Below, one piece after another: positions 63,135 to 64,000 of a stretch of 64,000 nt of DNA (positions within the stretch are counted from its first letter, which is position 1; the number at the start of each line of letters is the position of its first letter). Source of the DNA: an uncultured Acidobacteriota bacterium (GTDB lineage Bacteria > Acidobacteriota > Blastocatellia > RBC074). Under the pieces are notes generated by a model. That model was not told the DNA's origin. It did no database searches and worked only from the letters and a program-made list of their open reading frames with translations. The DNA lies in the NCBI GenBank assembly GCA_963796275.1, contig CAWCKY010000002.1, forward strand, positions 256,001 to 320,000, written 5' to 3'. Position numbers and translations under genes: made by a program.

Positions 63135-64000
63135 TCAATTCCCCGAATTCCCGGTAATAACTTTTGTGGCGCGATCGATTTCGGCCGTGAACCGTTGGAG
63201 GACCGCCGCGGTGACTTCCACCTGTTCGGATGCCTCTTTCCAGTTTCGTTGTTCTATCGCTTCCCTCACTCCTGGCAGCGTCTTTACACCATATCCGGTA
63301 TAGAAGCCCGGAGCATAGATTTGATGTCGATACCAATTACGCCGGGGCAATCCCTCATTTCGAATTAGTGCGCGCTCAGTCTTCATGAGTATCTGATCCA
63401 ACTCGTCCTGCATGTCGCGCGGCAATAGGCGTCCGTCAGCCGTAGCACTTGTTCTTTCATTCTGGTAACGTCGCGCACTCTCCTGCAATCGAATCAGAGC
63501 GTTTTGCAGCGGCGCAAAGTTGAGGTAAGGGACCGGCTCTTTGGGCCGGGGAGCGACATATGGCTTCATCGGATCAGAGACCGCTTCCAAAAGTCTCTCG
63601 TTGATCAACCTGTTCCCGCGCTTTGTCTCTTCACGCGTGTTATCCAGCAACCTGGTAACCTCGGCGAGATATTTCCCGACCGCATCGGCGAAGCCCAGAA
63701 ACTCGAAAGGCAGTACCTCGGCATTCGCGCTTCGCAGCACCGCCCGGCCAGTCGTCTGCATAAGTGCAACACCATAGTCAAAGTTTGGATCGACGAATCT
63801 GGTGAAATGATCGAAAGAGTCATAGACCGAATGGTAAACGCCGTTGTAGTCCTCCTCGCCTGCAAATCCAATGTTGAGCGAGGCGATCCCAAGATGTTGG
63901 AGGAAAGGAGTGTAATCGGAGCCGGATCCGAGAGCCTCGATGCGCAGATCATCGCGATCTCTCGCTTCCCGCTGCTCTTCCGGACTGCCTCTGACGATTA
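63135..64000 (-). CDS. M28 glutamate carboxypeptidase II-like protein (3' part)
   Basis: ALGSGSDYTPFLQHLG, YHSVYD, and transferrin-receptor-like dimerisation end (WYRHQIYAPGFYTGYGVKTLPG). Confidence 0.88.
   Translation of the reverse strand, partial: IVRGSPEEQREARDRDDLRIEALGSGSDYTPFLQHLGIASLNIGFAGEEDYNGVYHSVYDSFDHFTRFVDPNFDYGVALMQTTGRAVLRSANAEVLPFEFLGFADAVGKYLAEVTRLLDNTREETKRGNRLINERLLEAVSDPMKPYVAPRPKEPVPYLNFAPLQNALIRLQESARRYQNERTSATADGRLLPRDMQDELDQILMKTERALIRNEGLPRRNWYRHQIYAPGFYTGYGVKTLPGVREAIEQRNWKEASEQVEVTAAVLQRFTAEIDRATKVITGNSGN

Overview
A 64-kb accessory, partly decaying region of a moderately GC-rich bacterium. An Acidobacteriota (Blastocatellia-like) origin is inferred from PadR/ADOP permease pairs, a TIGR03437-like C-terminal domain and carboxypeptidase-regulatory-type TonB receptors. 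The window holds a heavy-metal RND/TolC efflux end with a two-component system, a mosaic of gene fragments, a TonB receptor plus NikR, zwf, a split chaperone cluster (dnaK ... grpE-dnaJ-cbpM-clpB-usp), copCD, and several hydrolases and transporters. The main find is a 1637-bp IscB (OMEGA/HEARO) element at 40578-42214 on the minus strand, with intact RuvC/HNH motifs and a recognisable omegaRNA. It sits exactly between the Shine-Dalgarno (GGAGG-aagct) and the start codon (ATGAA, the predicted TAM) of a 943-aa host gene, and its 3' end supplies a replacement GAGG RBS. Two solo copies of the same end hairpin occur at about 7.8 kb and 44.4 kb; the first likewise provides the RBS of a glycosyltransferase. 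The second find is that dnaK and the grpE operon, 9.5 kb apart, share a three-box sigma54-type promoter, next to a receiver-less sigma54 activator and a stand-alone DnaJ-type zinc-finger gene. All family calls come from motif recognition by eye; no database search was run.
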